A stretch of 64,000 nt of DNA from Anthoceros angustus. Taxonomy: Eukaryota; Plantae; Anthocerotophyta. Positions 48,296-59,504 of the stretch are shown piece by piece. The first letter of the stretch is position 1; every line of letters begins with the position of its first letter. The notes below the pieces were generated by a model. The model was not told where the DNA came from. It ran no database searches and saw nothing but the letters and a program-made list of their open reading frames with translations. The translations under genes and the position numbers were made by a program. The stretch is from positions 1,736,001 through 1,800,000 of the forward strand of contig MU008161.1 of assembly GCA_010909165.1 (NCBI GenBank), written 5' to 3'.

Positions 48296-49700
48296 ATGGC
48301 CTGGTCACCCTTTGCACAAGTGGTGCACGATCTAGGGCAGGAGAATGGTTACAGCTTTGTGAACACACCACCTGCAGCCTGTGGCAACCAGGGGATTACT
48401 GGACAGGCTGGTGAGGTGTCAGGAGAGTCAGATACCGACCCTCCTGATAGCATGGAAGGAGCACCTTCAAGCAGGCCAGAGAAGTTCTCCGGAAGGCCAG
48501 GAACTCAATCATTGAGGGACTTCCGTTTCCGCATCAATGAGGTGATCAGCCGCGTAAAATTCAAACACGCATGCTTATAATCACCGATATGTTCGAGCAA
48601 CTCTCGGCATATCTTCCGATGAGGCTTTGGACCTCTATGAGGCTTACCACGGAGCTCGCCTCAACTGTGGCAACACCTAATCCTTTGTTTCAGAGTGCCA
48701 TACAGATGGCTACTGCTGCGAAACTTACAGCAGCAGTAACTGCACATCAGCAGGCCATAGCCGCTGGCACAGTGGCTGCCACGGTGCAGCCTCCTACGAG
48801 TGTAATCCTTACTCCAGTAGAGAGGGCTGCAGCTGCTTTGGGTGTGGATGAGTTTCTTCAAACTCCCAAGTATGCCAATCCAGTTGAGGAATTTATCAAA
48901 GTCTTGGAAAAGGCTTTCCCTTTGAAAACGCCGGAGAAGGTGGCGAACTTGCAAGCTTCGTCACGGAAGGGGAGATCAGATGGCTTTTCGCAGACTGTGA
49001 AGCTACGAAGGCAGCATGTTGAGCGGATCAAGAAGCGGTGAAAAATTCCTCACGACCCTAGAGGGGATCAACTCTTTCACTTCCATGCTATACGCCTTGG
49101 TGGATAAATATGGTGATAGCTATACCTTGGAGCGGTACATGAGGAAGGCAGAGAAGAAGGAGATAGCTTACTCCGTCTTTTCCTCCAAGCACACCAAGTC
49201 TTTCCACCATTATCACAACATGTTTGCGGGAAAAGGAGCAGTAGGATCAGGGAGTAGTTCAGCTCTCAAGGCGGCTCCAGCTAAGCAAGCCAAGGCGGGG
49301 CGACAGAGGTGGCGCAATTACATCCGCTCTGTTTGTGCAACCATTGCGCACCGATATATTTCCCCAAATTGTAAGTGCCCTCGGGCTTCTGCACTCCTTT
49401 GCCGGAAGAATGGGCACGTGAGCACTGTATGTTTCCAGCTCCATCCGAGCGGAGGTATCGAAGCTGATCACGGAGCTACCACAGCTAGTGCGGGAGCGAG
49501 TTCAGCTCCTAGCAAAGCTGGAGTCTCAAAAAGCAAGCAGCAGAGGGAGAAGGCAAAGGCCAAGGGAGCAGTCACAGCTGAGAAGGTCAATTCCTTGGAG
49601 GCAACAGTGGCAGCTCTGAGCTCCCAACTTGCAGCCATGACAAGGATACCCCTAAGCCGGCAGCCATGGTCACGTTGGTGCCCACACAGACCGAAGGAGA
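48296..49700 (+). pseudogene. Gypsy gag with CCHC zinc knuckle, frameshifted
   Basis: RPEKFSGRPGTQSLRDFRFRI capsid-like motif; C..CRKNGHVSTVC at about 49390-49435. Confidence 0.75.
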
Positions 49701-50339
49701 GGATTATGGGGAGCCACATCAGGTGTGCATGGCCAACAAGAACCTGGATGTCAGCATGGCTGATGCAAGCACGCTGCCAGCCACATGGGTCGGACAGATG
49801 TTGCAGCATCCCATGGTGGGGCTGGCGTATTTGTGACAATTGGGCGATTACGGCTAGCGGGCAAGGCGATCATGCCCAAGTCCTTTTCACCCTTGCCACC
49901 AGGATCTGCCATCCCAATCAGGGGACAGGAGCATTCAGCGCTGTTTGAAACCAATGATGGCAGGGCTCAGTCCCAAGGAAGTCATCACCCGGCAGGGAAT
50001 TTCTTGTACATGGTGCCTCAGGCCCTCACAAGTGAACAGCTGGCTAGGAAGCTGGTTGATGTTCCTGTTTTTACGCTGCAAGATTTGGGCATCCACCGGG
50101 GCGCTTACGGCGGATGTTCTGACCAGGAGAAGCGTGAGACTCCGGTGGCTCGGTTGGCATTCATGACCAAGTGGGAAATGTGAACCGATCTGCAGATCCC
50201 ATAGAGGGGATCACAGTAGCTGGAGTTCCACAAGCAACAGGGCACACCAGCAGTGCACCCAGAGTGCAGCCCACCAATAGGCTGGGCATCCGAGTGCGCA
50301 ACGCAGTCATCGACAACAGCACAGGGTGTGTCACTGTCA

Positions 50340-50690
50340 ACGGCCATGCCCCCAAGGTGGTTTTGCTAGACACCGGAGCACGCCCATCATCATAGGCAAG
50401 GTGTTGGCTGCCAGGTTGAAGTTGAAAGGTGATACCTTAAGGATCTCTCCATGGAACATTCGGACGGCCTCCGGAGCCATCGAGCCAGTTTGTGGAGAAA
50501 CCATCAAGCCAGTGAACATCACTCTCAACCCTGGAACGCCAGATGCTATGACGCTGGCGCTGCCCTGTTTGGTCACGACAGCCACTAACTACGATTTGTT
50601 GTTAGGGCAGGAGTTCCTCTATCCACCAGGGGTTTGTGTTGACAACTGGTCAGAGGAGGCCTTTTACAGGCAGGCGCCAAGGTGGACGCA
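50340..50690 (+). pseudogene. Retroviral-type aspartic protease domain
   Basis: KVVLLDTGA (DTG at 50369-50377) ... YDLLLGQEFL. Confidence 0.85.
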
Positions 50691-51009
50691 AGATTGCAGC
50701 TACCGTTGGATTTGCATGGCCGATTGATGCGTCGCTTCCCTTGTGGTGCCAAGTTGTACCGCCACCACTTGCAATTTTGTGGGTGCGTGACACTCGTCGG
50801 TGGACCAAAGATCTTGAGGCGATCATGAGGAGGGCTCGGCGGTTTGTGCTATTACATTGAGCGGTGCTCACACGGCTGATCACCGGCCGTGGCTACTCGC
50901 CACCTTCAAGAAGCCGATAGTAGCCTTGCCCGCCATCTTTGGATCTGAGGCAAGTACATTCGGTAATTCCACAATGAGCTCCCGTGTGATTACATGGGCC
51001 CCGGCACAC

Positions 51010-51880
51010 CCTCGACTCACCGTGGTGGGTGTTTGGAGGCATTTGTACCGGGTTGGAGGCCCTTCTGAGGCCTTTCCATCGGCGGTACATCTGCGATAAT
51101 GATGTCACCGCCGAGGATATTGCACATTTACCGCAAGATGTCCTCTTGACTACCGGTGAGGCGTTTCACAATGCCTTTGAGGCTTTTCCCCAAGACATCG
51201 ATGTGATAATCACGACAGCCACAGGATTTGTGGACCTCATTGTGGCCGGATGGGAGTGCTGTGATTTTCCAGAGCTGGACATGGACTAGGCTTGCAGGAT
51301 GCTCGGTCCGGTTATTCGAGATTTGCACCGTGTTCTTGCACAGGCCCGCTAGACATCCGCAATGCGCGTACCTTGGAGAATACCCAGCACCGGATCTCGA
51401 CCACATGTACAGCAGACATGGCTATTGTCCGACATTATGCAGGCCCCACTACTTATGGATGCGATGCAGGTGGGCGGTTATGCTCACCGCCAGAATAACT
51501 CTGGACCAACTTTGGTTCCGATCCACGGTAGCCGAGTTGGCTCTTAGCACCATCACACGTGATCACGATTTGCGATTGCGAGTGTGTTGGAAGACTACCA
51601 TCAGCCTGCACTGTCACAAGTGAGAGGTCGCCATGGTTTGTCACCAATGTGCCGTGATGCCGTGCCACCTTACCCACGCTTGTTAGTTTCCTGGATCATA
51701 TGCTTACCGGGCTAAGGGAGTGGGTCACTTAACATTAACACTCGGCAATGGGAGGAGCTGTGTAGAGGAGAAGGAGCGCATAATGGGCTTTTCCCTTTGC
51801 ACCGCGGCTCCCAGGTGTCACGTCCCCGGCAGCAGTGAAGATTAGGCGAGCCATGGACCTTCACGCCATCACTTGGTCGG
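51010..51880 (+). pseudogene. Cytosine-5 DNA methyltransferase domain within pol, frameshifted
   Basis: Stitched motifs in order: I VFGGICTGLEALL (51029), IV VDLIVAGWEC.DFSRAG (Cys 51257), GLQDARSG, VI LENT (51373), VIII DAMQVGGYAHR..WTN (51458), IX VEEKERIMGF (51762), X RAMDLHAITW (about 51845). Confidence 0.8.
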
Positions 51881-52069
51881 TCACCTTTGCTTGGCATTTC
51901 ACTCCACGCGTGACTCGCCATCCCGCCTTGACTTGTTTGCACATACGTGCTCACCGATGCCGCTCATATTCCCTTTCCGGTACTCACATTTGTCCTTCCG
52001 ACCGGATCTTTGGGGGTGGAGGCCCTCATGGGGACTCAAGCCAAAGATTTTCACCTCGACCGAATGAGC

Positions 52070-52930
52070 AGGATCCCGCAAAGATCTTTCCATGGAAGAT
52101 GGGTCCTGATCTTACAGCTGTTCAGCAACAGCGGATTCTGGATTTGCTGTTAAGATACCGGGATTGTTTCTCCTTTACCATGAAGGAGTTAAAGAGGTGC
52201 AATGTGATGAGCTTCAGGATCAATCTCACGACCACGGAACCCATCTATAGGCGCAGGTATCGACTCAGCAAGACTGAGTGGGACATGGTAGATGCGCGCT
52301 GCAAGGAGCTGTGGGAGGCAGGCCTTATTCGGCCCTCCAACGGTGACTATCTTTGCGGCTACCGTTATGCCTCCCAAGAAAGATAGCCAATGTGGACGGA
52401 GAAAAGGATGTGCGACTATCGCCCCATCAATGCGATTCTGACCCGGATAGGTATCCCATGCCTACCGAGGAGATCTTTGATGATGTTGGGCCACATTCTT
52501 GACACCCTCGATCTGCGCCGAGGTTTCAATCAGGGTGGCGTAAGAAGATGTTAAGAAAAGCGCATTTCATGGGTCCAATCACTGGAATGGGTTGTGATGC
52601 CATTTGGTTTCAAGAATGCCCTGACATTTCGGAGGGTTATGGATGTGGTGTTAGCGTGCCTCCTACCTCATGTGCTACATTGACGTTCTCGTACCGAGAT
52701 TTTGAGAGTCACCTAGAGCACTTGGAGGACCTGCTGTGCTAAGAAAGGTGAGTTAACTTGTCACCCCGCCAAGTGTGAATTTGGCATGGGGACTGTGCAT
52801 ATTTAGGGCATAGGATCGTGCCTAATGGTGTGACGCCGCATCTTGCCAAGGTTCGAGCAATCCGGTGAAGGAACCCACCAATGTCTCATCGAGGGCATTC
52901 ATTGGGCTATGCAATTACTATCGTATCTAC
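52070..52930 (+). pseudogene. Gypsy reverse transcriptase, frameshifted
   Basis: EPIYRRRYRLS...CKELWEAGLIRPS, DYRPIN, DRYPMP, TLDLRRGFNQ, MPFGFKNA, CYID(D)V, KCEFG, YLGHRI. Confidence 0.9.
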
Positions 52931-52939
52931 ATCCGAACT

Positions 52940-54060
52940 TTAGTCGAATTGCTAAGCCGTTGAATGACCTACTGCAAGGATGTGGTGGACTTGGGGTGAG
53001 CGGCAGGCGAGCTTTTTAATCAAGGAGCGTTTGACATGACTCCTATCATGGCGAACCTAATTTTGAGAAGCCCTTTGTGGTGCACTGTCGGAGCGCCTCG
53101 GCTTGGGAGCCGCATCGGCTCAAGAGGATGAGCATGGAGAGCAAGTCATTGCTTATGCTTCAAGAAGCAACAACCGTCTTTGAAGCAAATTACGCTCTGA
53201 GGCGAGTGCTTGGCCGTGGGTGTGTGCCACTGCCATATTTATATGGTCGAAGTTTAAGCTGATGACAGATCATCACCACTTAAGTGGTGATGACTAACAC
53301 CAAGCTTAGTGGGAAGCTTACTTGGGCAATGATCCTGCAAGATTATGATTTTCATGTTGAGCAGGCCGGGGTCACACACCAAAACGCGGATACCTTGTCC
53401 AAACCCGGACGAGCACGTGATCTCACGGAAGCAAGGCGGGATGCCGCGGAAGATGAGAGTGAGGTTTCCTCATCTTCGCCTTGGTGGCCATGACACATTT
53501 AGTCGAATTGCTAAGCCGAATGACCTACATGAGATGTGGTGGACTTGGGGTGAGCGGCAGGCTTTTGACACTGCTGAAGGAGGCGTTTGACAACGACTCC
53601 TATCATGGCGACCTAATTTTGAGAAGCCCTTTGTGGTGCACATGAGGAGTCGCTCGGCTTGGGAGCCGCCCCGCTCAAGAGGATGAGCATGGACAGGAGC
53701 AAGTCATTGCTTATGCTTCAAGAAGCAACAACCGTCTTTGAAGCAAATTACAGCTACTGGCGAGTGCTGGTGGTAGGGCATGTGCCACTTGAGCCATATT
53801 TATATGGTCGGAAGTTTAAGCGGTGACAGATCATCACCACTTAAGTGATGACTAACACCAAGCTTAGTGGGAAGCTTACCGGCAATGATCCTGCAAGATT
53901 ATGATTTTCATGTTGAGCACGGGCGGGGTCACACACCGCTGGATACCTTGTCCAAACCCGGACAAGAGCACCGGTGATCTCACGGAAGCAAGGCGGGATC
54001 TTTGCCGGAAGATGAGAGTGAGGTTTCCTTTCATTCTTTTGGTGGCCATGACACATTTAG
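52940..54060 (+). pseudogene. RNase H region present as two tandem copies of about 560 bp
   Basis: FEKPFVVH, VIAYASRSN, TDH.PLKW, WAMILQDYDF occur twice; tttagtcgaattgctaagccg recurs at about 52939 and 53498. Confidence 0.85.
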
Positions 54061-54249
54061 GTCGACTTGTGTAGACGCAGCCCAACATGTTAGCAAAGAC
54101 ATCCGGGAGGATGAGCATTCAATGCAGTACCTGCAGACAGGTCAAGTCAGCATTGATTGGCCGCAGGTGGAGCAGGAACGTGTGAGGAAGCGTGCAACTC
54201 TGTACAGCTGGCGTGATGGCTATGTGCTACGGCAGATGGGGCACGGAGT

Positions 54250-55292
54250 GGAACGTCTGGTGCCACCTCCGGCAGACCGAGAAGGCCTCATCAGCAGAGT
54301 ACATGAGGACATGGGCCACTTTGGGGTAAAGAGAACTTACAGTCTCTTGGTTCCCCATTTTTATTGGCATGGAATGCATGCACAGGTGAAAGCACATGTG
54401 GCCTGTTGTGAGCCTTGCGGCAGTCAAGGCTTCGTTCACAATGCAAGATCCTAAGCTACATCCTCGCCCATCATGGGTTTGTTTTTAGGTGGTCATGCGA
54501 TCTTATTGGCGAGCTACCCGAACACCTAGAGGGAATGTCCACATACTTGTGATGATGGAGCATTGCTCTAAGTGGGTAGAGGCAGTGGCCTTGCCAGACA
54601 AAACCTCTAAGAGCACATCGCAAGCATTTCTCCAGAACGTATTGAGCAGGTTCGGGAGCTGCGCTGAGTGCTTGACGGACCAGGGGTCTGAATTCAGGGG
54701 AGAATTTCAAGACCTCTTGGATGCCGCACTCATCGACCACCGCAGGACCAGCAGGGATCACCCACAGGCTGACGGACTGGCCGAGCGCATGGTGCAGACC
54801 ATCAAGAGAGGACTGCGCAAGCTCTGTTTGCAGCACGGCAAAGGGGAATGGGATCTCATGCTGCCCTACATTCTGATGGGCTACAGACTCAGCAAACACG
54901 CAGCCTTGGCCCATTTCTCCCCATATTTTCTCCTTTTTGGCAGAGAGCCAGTGCCACCCAGCGCCATCGCCAAGCAAATGCAGGAGGTAGTGCCACAAGA
55001 TGACCCAGCCACTTGGGCCTCGATGATAGGTGACAGGGCTGTGCTTTTCCGACATGTGATGCCAATGGCAATGGCAAACCTTCACATAGCTCAGCACAGA
55101 GACACGCTCAGGTATGCCCATACAAGGAGTGGCAATTTTAGACCCAAGCTCAAGAAATTCAGAGTGGGCGATTTCGTCTATCTTCGCCAGACGGACACAT
55201 TGGAGACACACCACGGTCAGCAGATTCGTGAAGTGAAGCCCAATGGTGTCTTGGTTTTGTGGCTCATGGCGTGGTCATTTCGACCATACTAA
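54250..55292 (+). pseudogene. Integrase (HHCC zinc finger + DDE core)
   Basis: HEDMGHFGVKRT...FYW...CCEPC; EHCSKWVEAVAL, LTDQGSEF, HPQADGLAERMVQTIK, SPYFLLFGREP, VGDFVYL. Confidence 0.92.
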
Positions 55293-55360
55293 GAACTGCA
55301 CCATGCCATCTTAGAACTTGGATCCGACTATTGTAACAGTTAGGTACCACCTCCGACACC

Positions 55361-55543
55361 TCGGTGTGTAGGAGGACAGATGATGCGGAATTGATGCTAT
55401 TATGTGATGGCTGCAACGGAGGCTTTCACCTTTTTTGTCTCCAGCCACCACTTGCAGAAGTACCGGAGCAGATGTGGTTTTGCTCCAAATGCTCAACAAC
55501 AGGTGCAGCAATGTGCCACTTGTTGGGCCAGATTCAGGTGTGA
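55361..55543 (+). other. PHD finger downstream of integrase
   Basis: In-frame SVCRRTDDAELMLLCDGCNGGFHLFCLQPPLAEVPEQMWFCSKC (C4HC3 spacing; the first Cys is missing), stop at 55541. Not called by the ORF track. Confidence 0.85.
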
Positions 55544-55605
55544 AGACCAGCCGTGTGTCATGCTGGCCATTTGCTTGCTACTGACCTCACCAGCTGGGGG
55601 GGGGT

Positions 55606-55765
55606 GTAGAGGGATTGAATTTTGAATTTACTGTTTTTCATCGCTGGACAGCCACTCTGAGGCAGGGGCTGTCCCCAATTTTGCCAGCCCTTTTACAGCT
55701 GGAGAGGCCCTTGGTAGCACAAGTCCATCAGAGGTGCTCTCGCTTGTGTCGATGCCAAAGGCACA
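55606..55765 (+). repeat. About 160-bp segment duplicated at 56320-56485, flanking the 3' LTR
   Basis: tgtagagggattgaattttg...gatgccaaaggcac occurs on both sides of 55766-56319. Confidence 0.9.
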
Positions 55766-56319
55766 TGCGCGAAGACGTCAGTAAGTGAGATAGTGAGCTA
55801 AGGGTTGGTGCTATATATGCACCATTTACGCTCATTAATTAACAATTGTTTAGTAGTCAAAGTAATGGATAACAGCTTAGCTATTTTTGCATTACTAGAT
55901 ATTAATTAGATCGTAAATGGTGAAGGAAATTAGCTATTTCGTGGCCGGGCCGCAAGCCCGCAAGTGGCTCGTGGGCTCGCACTGTGTACGCTAATCGCCT
56001 AATGATGTTACGAGGTGAAGATGGTGTCGCACCAAGAGCATGGTGATGACGCGAACACGCAGCAAGGACACGAAGGTTGGAGATGGCGTCACGAAGGCGC
56101 TTGTTGAAGTCAGCGAATCTGCGAGGACACCGGAATACCATGATTTGTACCGATCTTTGTGAATACAAGATTTCCTTTGTGTGCACGATGCTCAGTGTCA
56201 TGGTGTGTGTGTCACACCGATCGCGGATTTACCAACTCTGTGCAACCCGCTTAGGGTAGCCCTTTTAACTTTCGTGTGTGAAGAAAGCCACAGCACATGT
56301 GAGTGCAGTTGGCTCGTCT
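55766..56319 (+). repeat. 3' LTR, apparently truncated
   Basis: Homology to the 5' LTR stops at ggctcgtct (56319). Confidence 0.8.
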
Positions 56320-56505
56320 TGTAGAGGGATTGAATTTTGAATTTACTGTTTTTCATCGCTGGACAGCCACTCTGAGGCAGGGGCTGTCCCCAATTTTGCC
56401 AGCCCTTTTACAGCTGGAGAGGCCCTTGGTAGCACAAGTCCATCAGGAGGTGCTCTCGCTTGTGTGCTGATGCCAAAGGCACGACACTGGTCCACATAGG
56501 GCCTA

Positions 56506-56838
56506 CAAAGCCACACTATCGACGATTTGAGACGACTGTATGTGGAAAAAAGCCACACTATTGAGGATTTGAGACGACTGTATGTGGAAAAAAGCCACAC
56601 TATCGAGGATTTGAGACGACTGTATGTGGAAAAAAGCCACACTATCGAGGATTTGAGACGACTGTATGTGGAAAAAAGCCACACTATCGAGGATTTGAGA
56701 CGACTGTATGTGGAAAAAAGCCACACTATCGAGGATTTGAGACGACTGTATGTGGAAAAAAACCACACTATCGAGGATTTGAGACGACTGTATGTGGAAA
56801 AAAGCCACACTATCGAGGATTTGAGACGACTGTATACG
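56506..56838 (+). repeat. 42-bp tandem repeat, about 8 near-identical copies
   Basis: Unit AAGCCACACTATCGAGGATTTGAGACGACTGTATGTGGAAAA; translates to (EKSHTIEDLRRLYV)n. Confidence 0.95.
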
Positions 56839-59504
56839 GAAAAGGAGGAGAAAGTAGAGGAGCTTATCGCGTAGTTTGGAAACTCCTGGGAATCATCCGT
56901 TTCAGCAGCAACTAGGATAGGAGCTGAGGTAGCAGATTTAAAGCGGACCATCTACATGCCTTGACCCGTGAGTTGCATGTGGCACGGGCCTTTCATTGTA
57001 TGTATCACGAGCTTTCTTAGCTTACATGGGACCTCTGGAGTAGCAAAGTTGGCGTCGCCAGGAATATACTCCACAGGAGCTCGGGAGCAGCCAATTGAGT
57101 AGAATCTGGCACAGCTCCAACAACATTGATGTTGCAACAAATGGGCAAAGCCCACAAGTTACCTCTTCTCCATATTCCTCGCCTCCATCCTACTGTTGCT
57201 GTTGTTCCTCCTCTTTACGGGTGACGAGATTGAGTTTCTAGTGGGGGAGCAGGCAAAGATAATCAAAGAGGCTGAAGGCGCTCCCAGCGAGGCAAATGAG
57301 GGCACAGGAGAAGGCCGATGAGATTTCAGCATCCATCATTTTGAGCGCTGGAGGGGGTGTCACAAATTTGAAAAGCTTCAAGATGCGACTACCAAAACTT
57401 TGCTTTAAAATTTTGCTACAACATGCGTGGAAAGGGCTACCAAAGGCCTCAAATCGATGTGCAAAACATGACGGTTGTGGTCATACCCACCCGCATATTT
57501 TAGCTTCAAAAGGGCTCAGTCATACCAACTTGTACATTTCACCTGATCTTCAATAGCGCTTGGCCATACCAGCCTTTACATCTTAGCAATTGCTGACGAA
57601 CAAAGGTCATTCTTTCCTCATCTATGTTGTGCTCACAACATAGATGATTGACAATTGATTGCGTATTCCGACTTTTTTCATGCTAAGCTAACCTCAATTA
57701 AATTAGGCATAAGCAGGCCACCCGCATTGCATGACAAAGCTGCTCTTTGGGATTTCCCATCTCTTTTTCTTACATAAAGTTTCCATTTACCTTCATGTAC
57801 TAAGGAATGGATGAGGTAGCCAAAGAAAATAAAGCTAACTTTAGAACGTAGATTATTGAATATATACATATATATTTATAGTGGATAGCTCGGGTCTACA
57901 TTCCACTTGAATTGCTGAATTGACGATCTCGTTTTTGGTGGGTCTCGACTTCACCATTCAATTGATTCTATTGGTTTGACAAAAGTTGGGAACATGTGCA
58001 GGGTGGTGTCCTACACCTTGTCATGCAATTATATAGATCATTCGTCAAAACGCCTAGTTTCTGTATTTTGCAGAAGAGCACCGTAGTAAAATATTATTAT
58101 GAGTAGTGAAAATATTATTTTGGGTAAGTATCTTCTATCTCGGTAAGAAACATGAGTCAGGTTCTGTGGTCTATATTTGGTGATACCGACAAGTATTTTG
58201 CATCGCGCTTATGGGTTGATATGCTACGCCTATTCTTGCTTCGCACATCTATTAGAGAGCCTCTTCAACACCAACATGCAGTTGTCATGAGTGGTGTTTG
58301 GTGAGTGTGCTTGGAGCGATGCGGCGCGGTGAAGCGCTGCAGTGCCGTGTACGGTGGGGCATGTCCCAGGGTTCAGGGCTTGCTTTGTGGTGGTATATGT
58401 GGCTCTAGAGCAAGGGACATTGGGGTTGATATTGCGGTGAGCATAGGGTGGAGGAGGTTGCGGTGAGGACAAGATTTAGGGATTTTCGTGCGACATGATT
58501 TACGGATTTTGGTGCAGCGGCTGTGGTGGGTGGTGTGGAGGAGGAGGTCGCGATTATTTTTATTTTTATTGATTTTTTGAGGTTATGACTTCTATTATCG
58601 TTAAGCGTAAAACAGTTAAATATGTAGATAAGAGGGTATCAATATTGGAGACTAGATTACATAGTATTGAGGACAAATATGAAGACAACGCGGTATTTGT
58701 ATTGGAGACTAGTGTTTACTTAAAATTGAGGCGGAGAATATTTCCTTAAGGGAAAAATATGAGTCTCTTTTGGCTAAACACCAATCTTTGGCATGGGACT
58801 CGAAGGACGAGGGGGTGAGGAGGGCCAGGAGGACGAGGGTGATGAGTTCAATTCCGTAATGCATGATCTTATAGATAAGAGATTTAATAATCAAGATGTT
58901 ATCATTAAATAATTACAACAGGATCTTGAATCGGCAAGCTTATGGGCTAAAGATTTTGAAGCGTCTTTCCAGGTCAAGTTTGATTCATTGCTTTTGCAAG
59001 TCAATGCCTTCAAATTCCTGTTCCTTGTGTGGGTTGCTTGTCGAAGGCAGATGTAGCACCTAATTTGGAAGGCTACAAGAAGGTTATTCTCGAGCTTATT
59101 CATGCATAGAGGGAAGAAGGCTATAAGAAGGTTATTCTCGAGCTTATTCATGCACAGAGGGAAGAAATGCACAGTTATATGGCCAAAAAGTTGCAAGGTT
59201 TGGATGATCAGGTTGATGGTATTGATTGATTGAAGATTATTTATCTTGTTTAAATTTTACTTTTATATTAATTCTAATTATTTTACTACAATCTATGTAG
59301 TTATCATATTTCAGTCCCATCACGGAAATCCGTCCTTAGTGGACTTAAATAAAATTCTTTTTCTTCTTTTCTTCTTTATGTACGTATCGCCGATTGGATC
59401 TGTCGCACGAGGTGTTTCCTCCAATTAGGGCTTTGTGTTGGTGGTGTTCAAGTTTGCGTTTTGGTGAGGAAGGGTGGCAAGAAGCAGCTGCTCGGGGATA
59501 CAAG

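Larger units (their letters stand above)
47207..56319 (+). mobile_element. Ty3/Gypsy LTR retrotransposon: gag-PR-C5 DNA methyltransferase-RT-RNaseH(x2)-INT-PHD
   Basis: LTR homology between 47207-47761 and 55766-56319; G-run PPT at about 55597-55605; domain motifs in Gypsy order, as listed in the entries below. Confidence 0.9.

Noticed and set aside
55290-55600. Chromodomain after integrase
   Set aside because: No chromodomain pattern is present; the region reads as a PHD finger.
56952-57620. Minus-strand exon-like fragments upstream of ORF 56343-56951
   Set aside because: I could not assemble a consistent gene model or recognise a family.
59069-59164. 48-bp tandem duplication in a coiled-coil-like relic (similar small duplications at 24037-24115, 37460-37520 and 46645-46870)
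   Set aside because: These are two- or three-copy local slippage events with stops or in non-coding context, and there is no sign of function.
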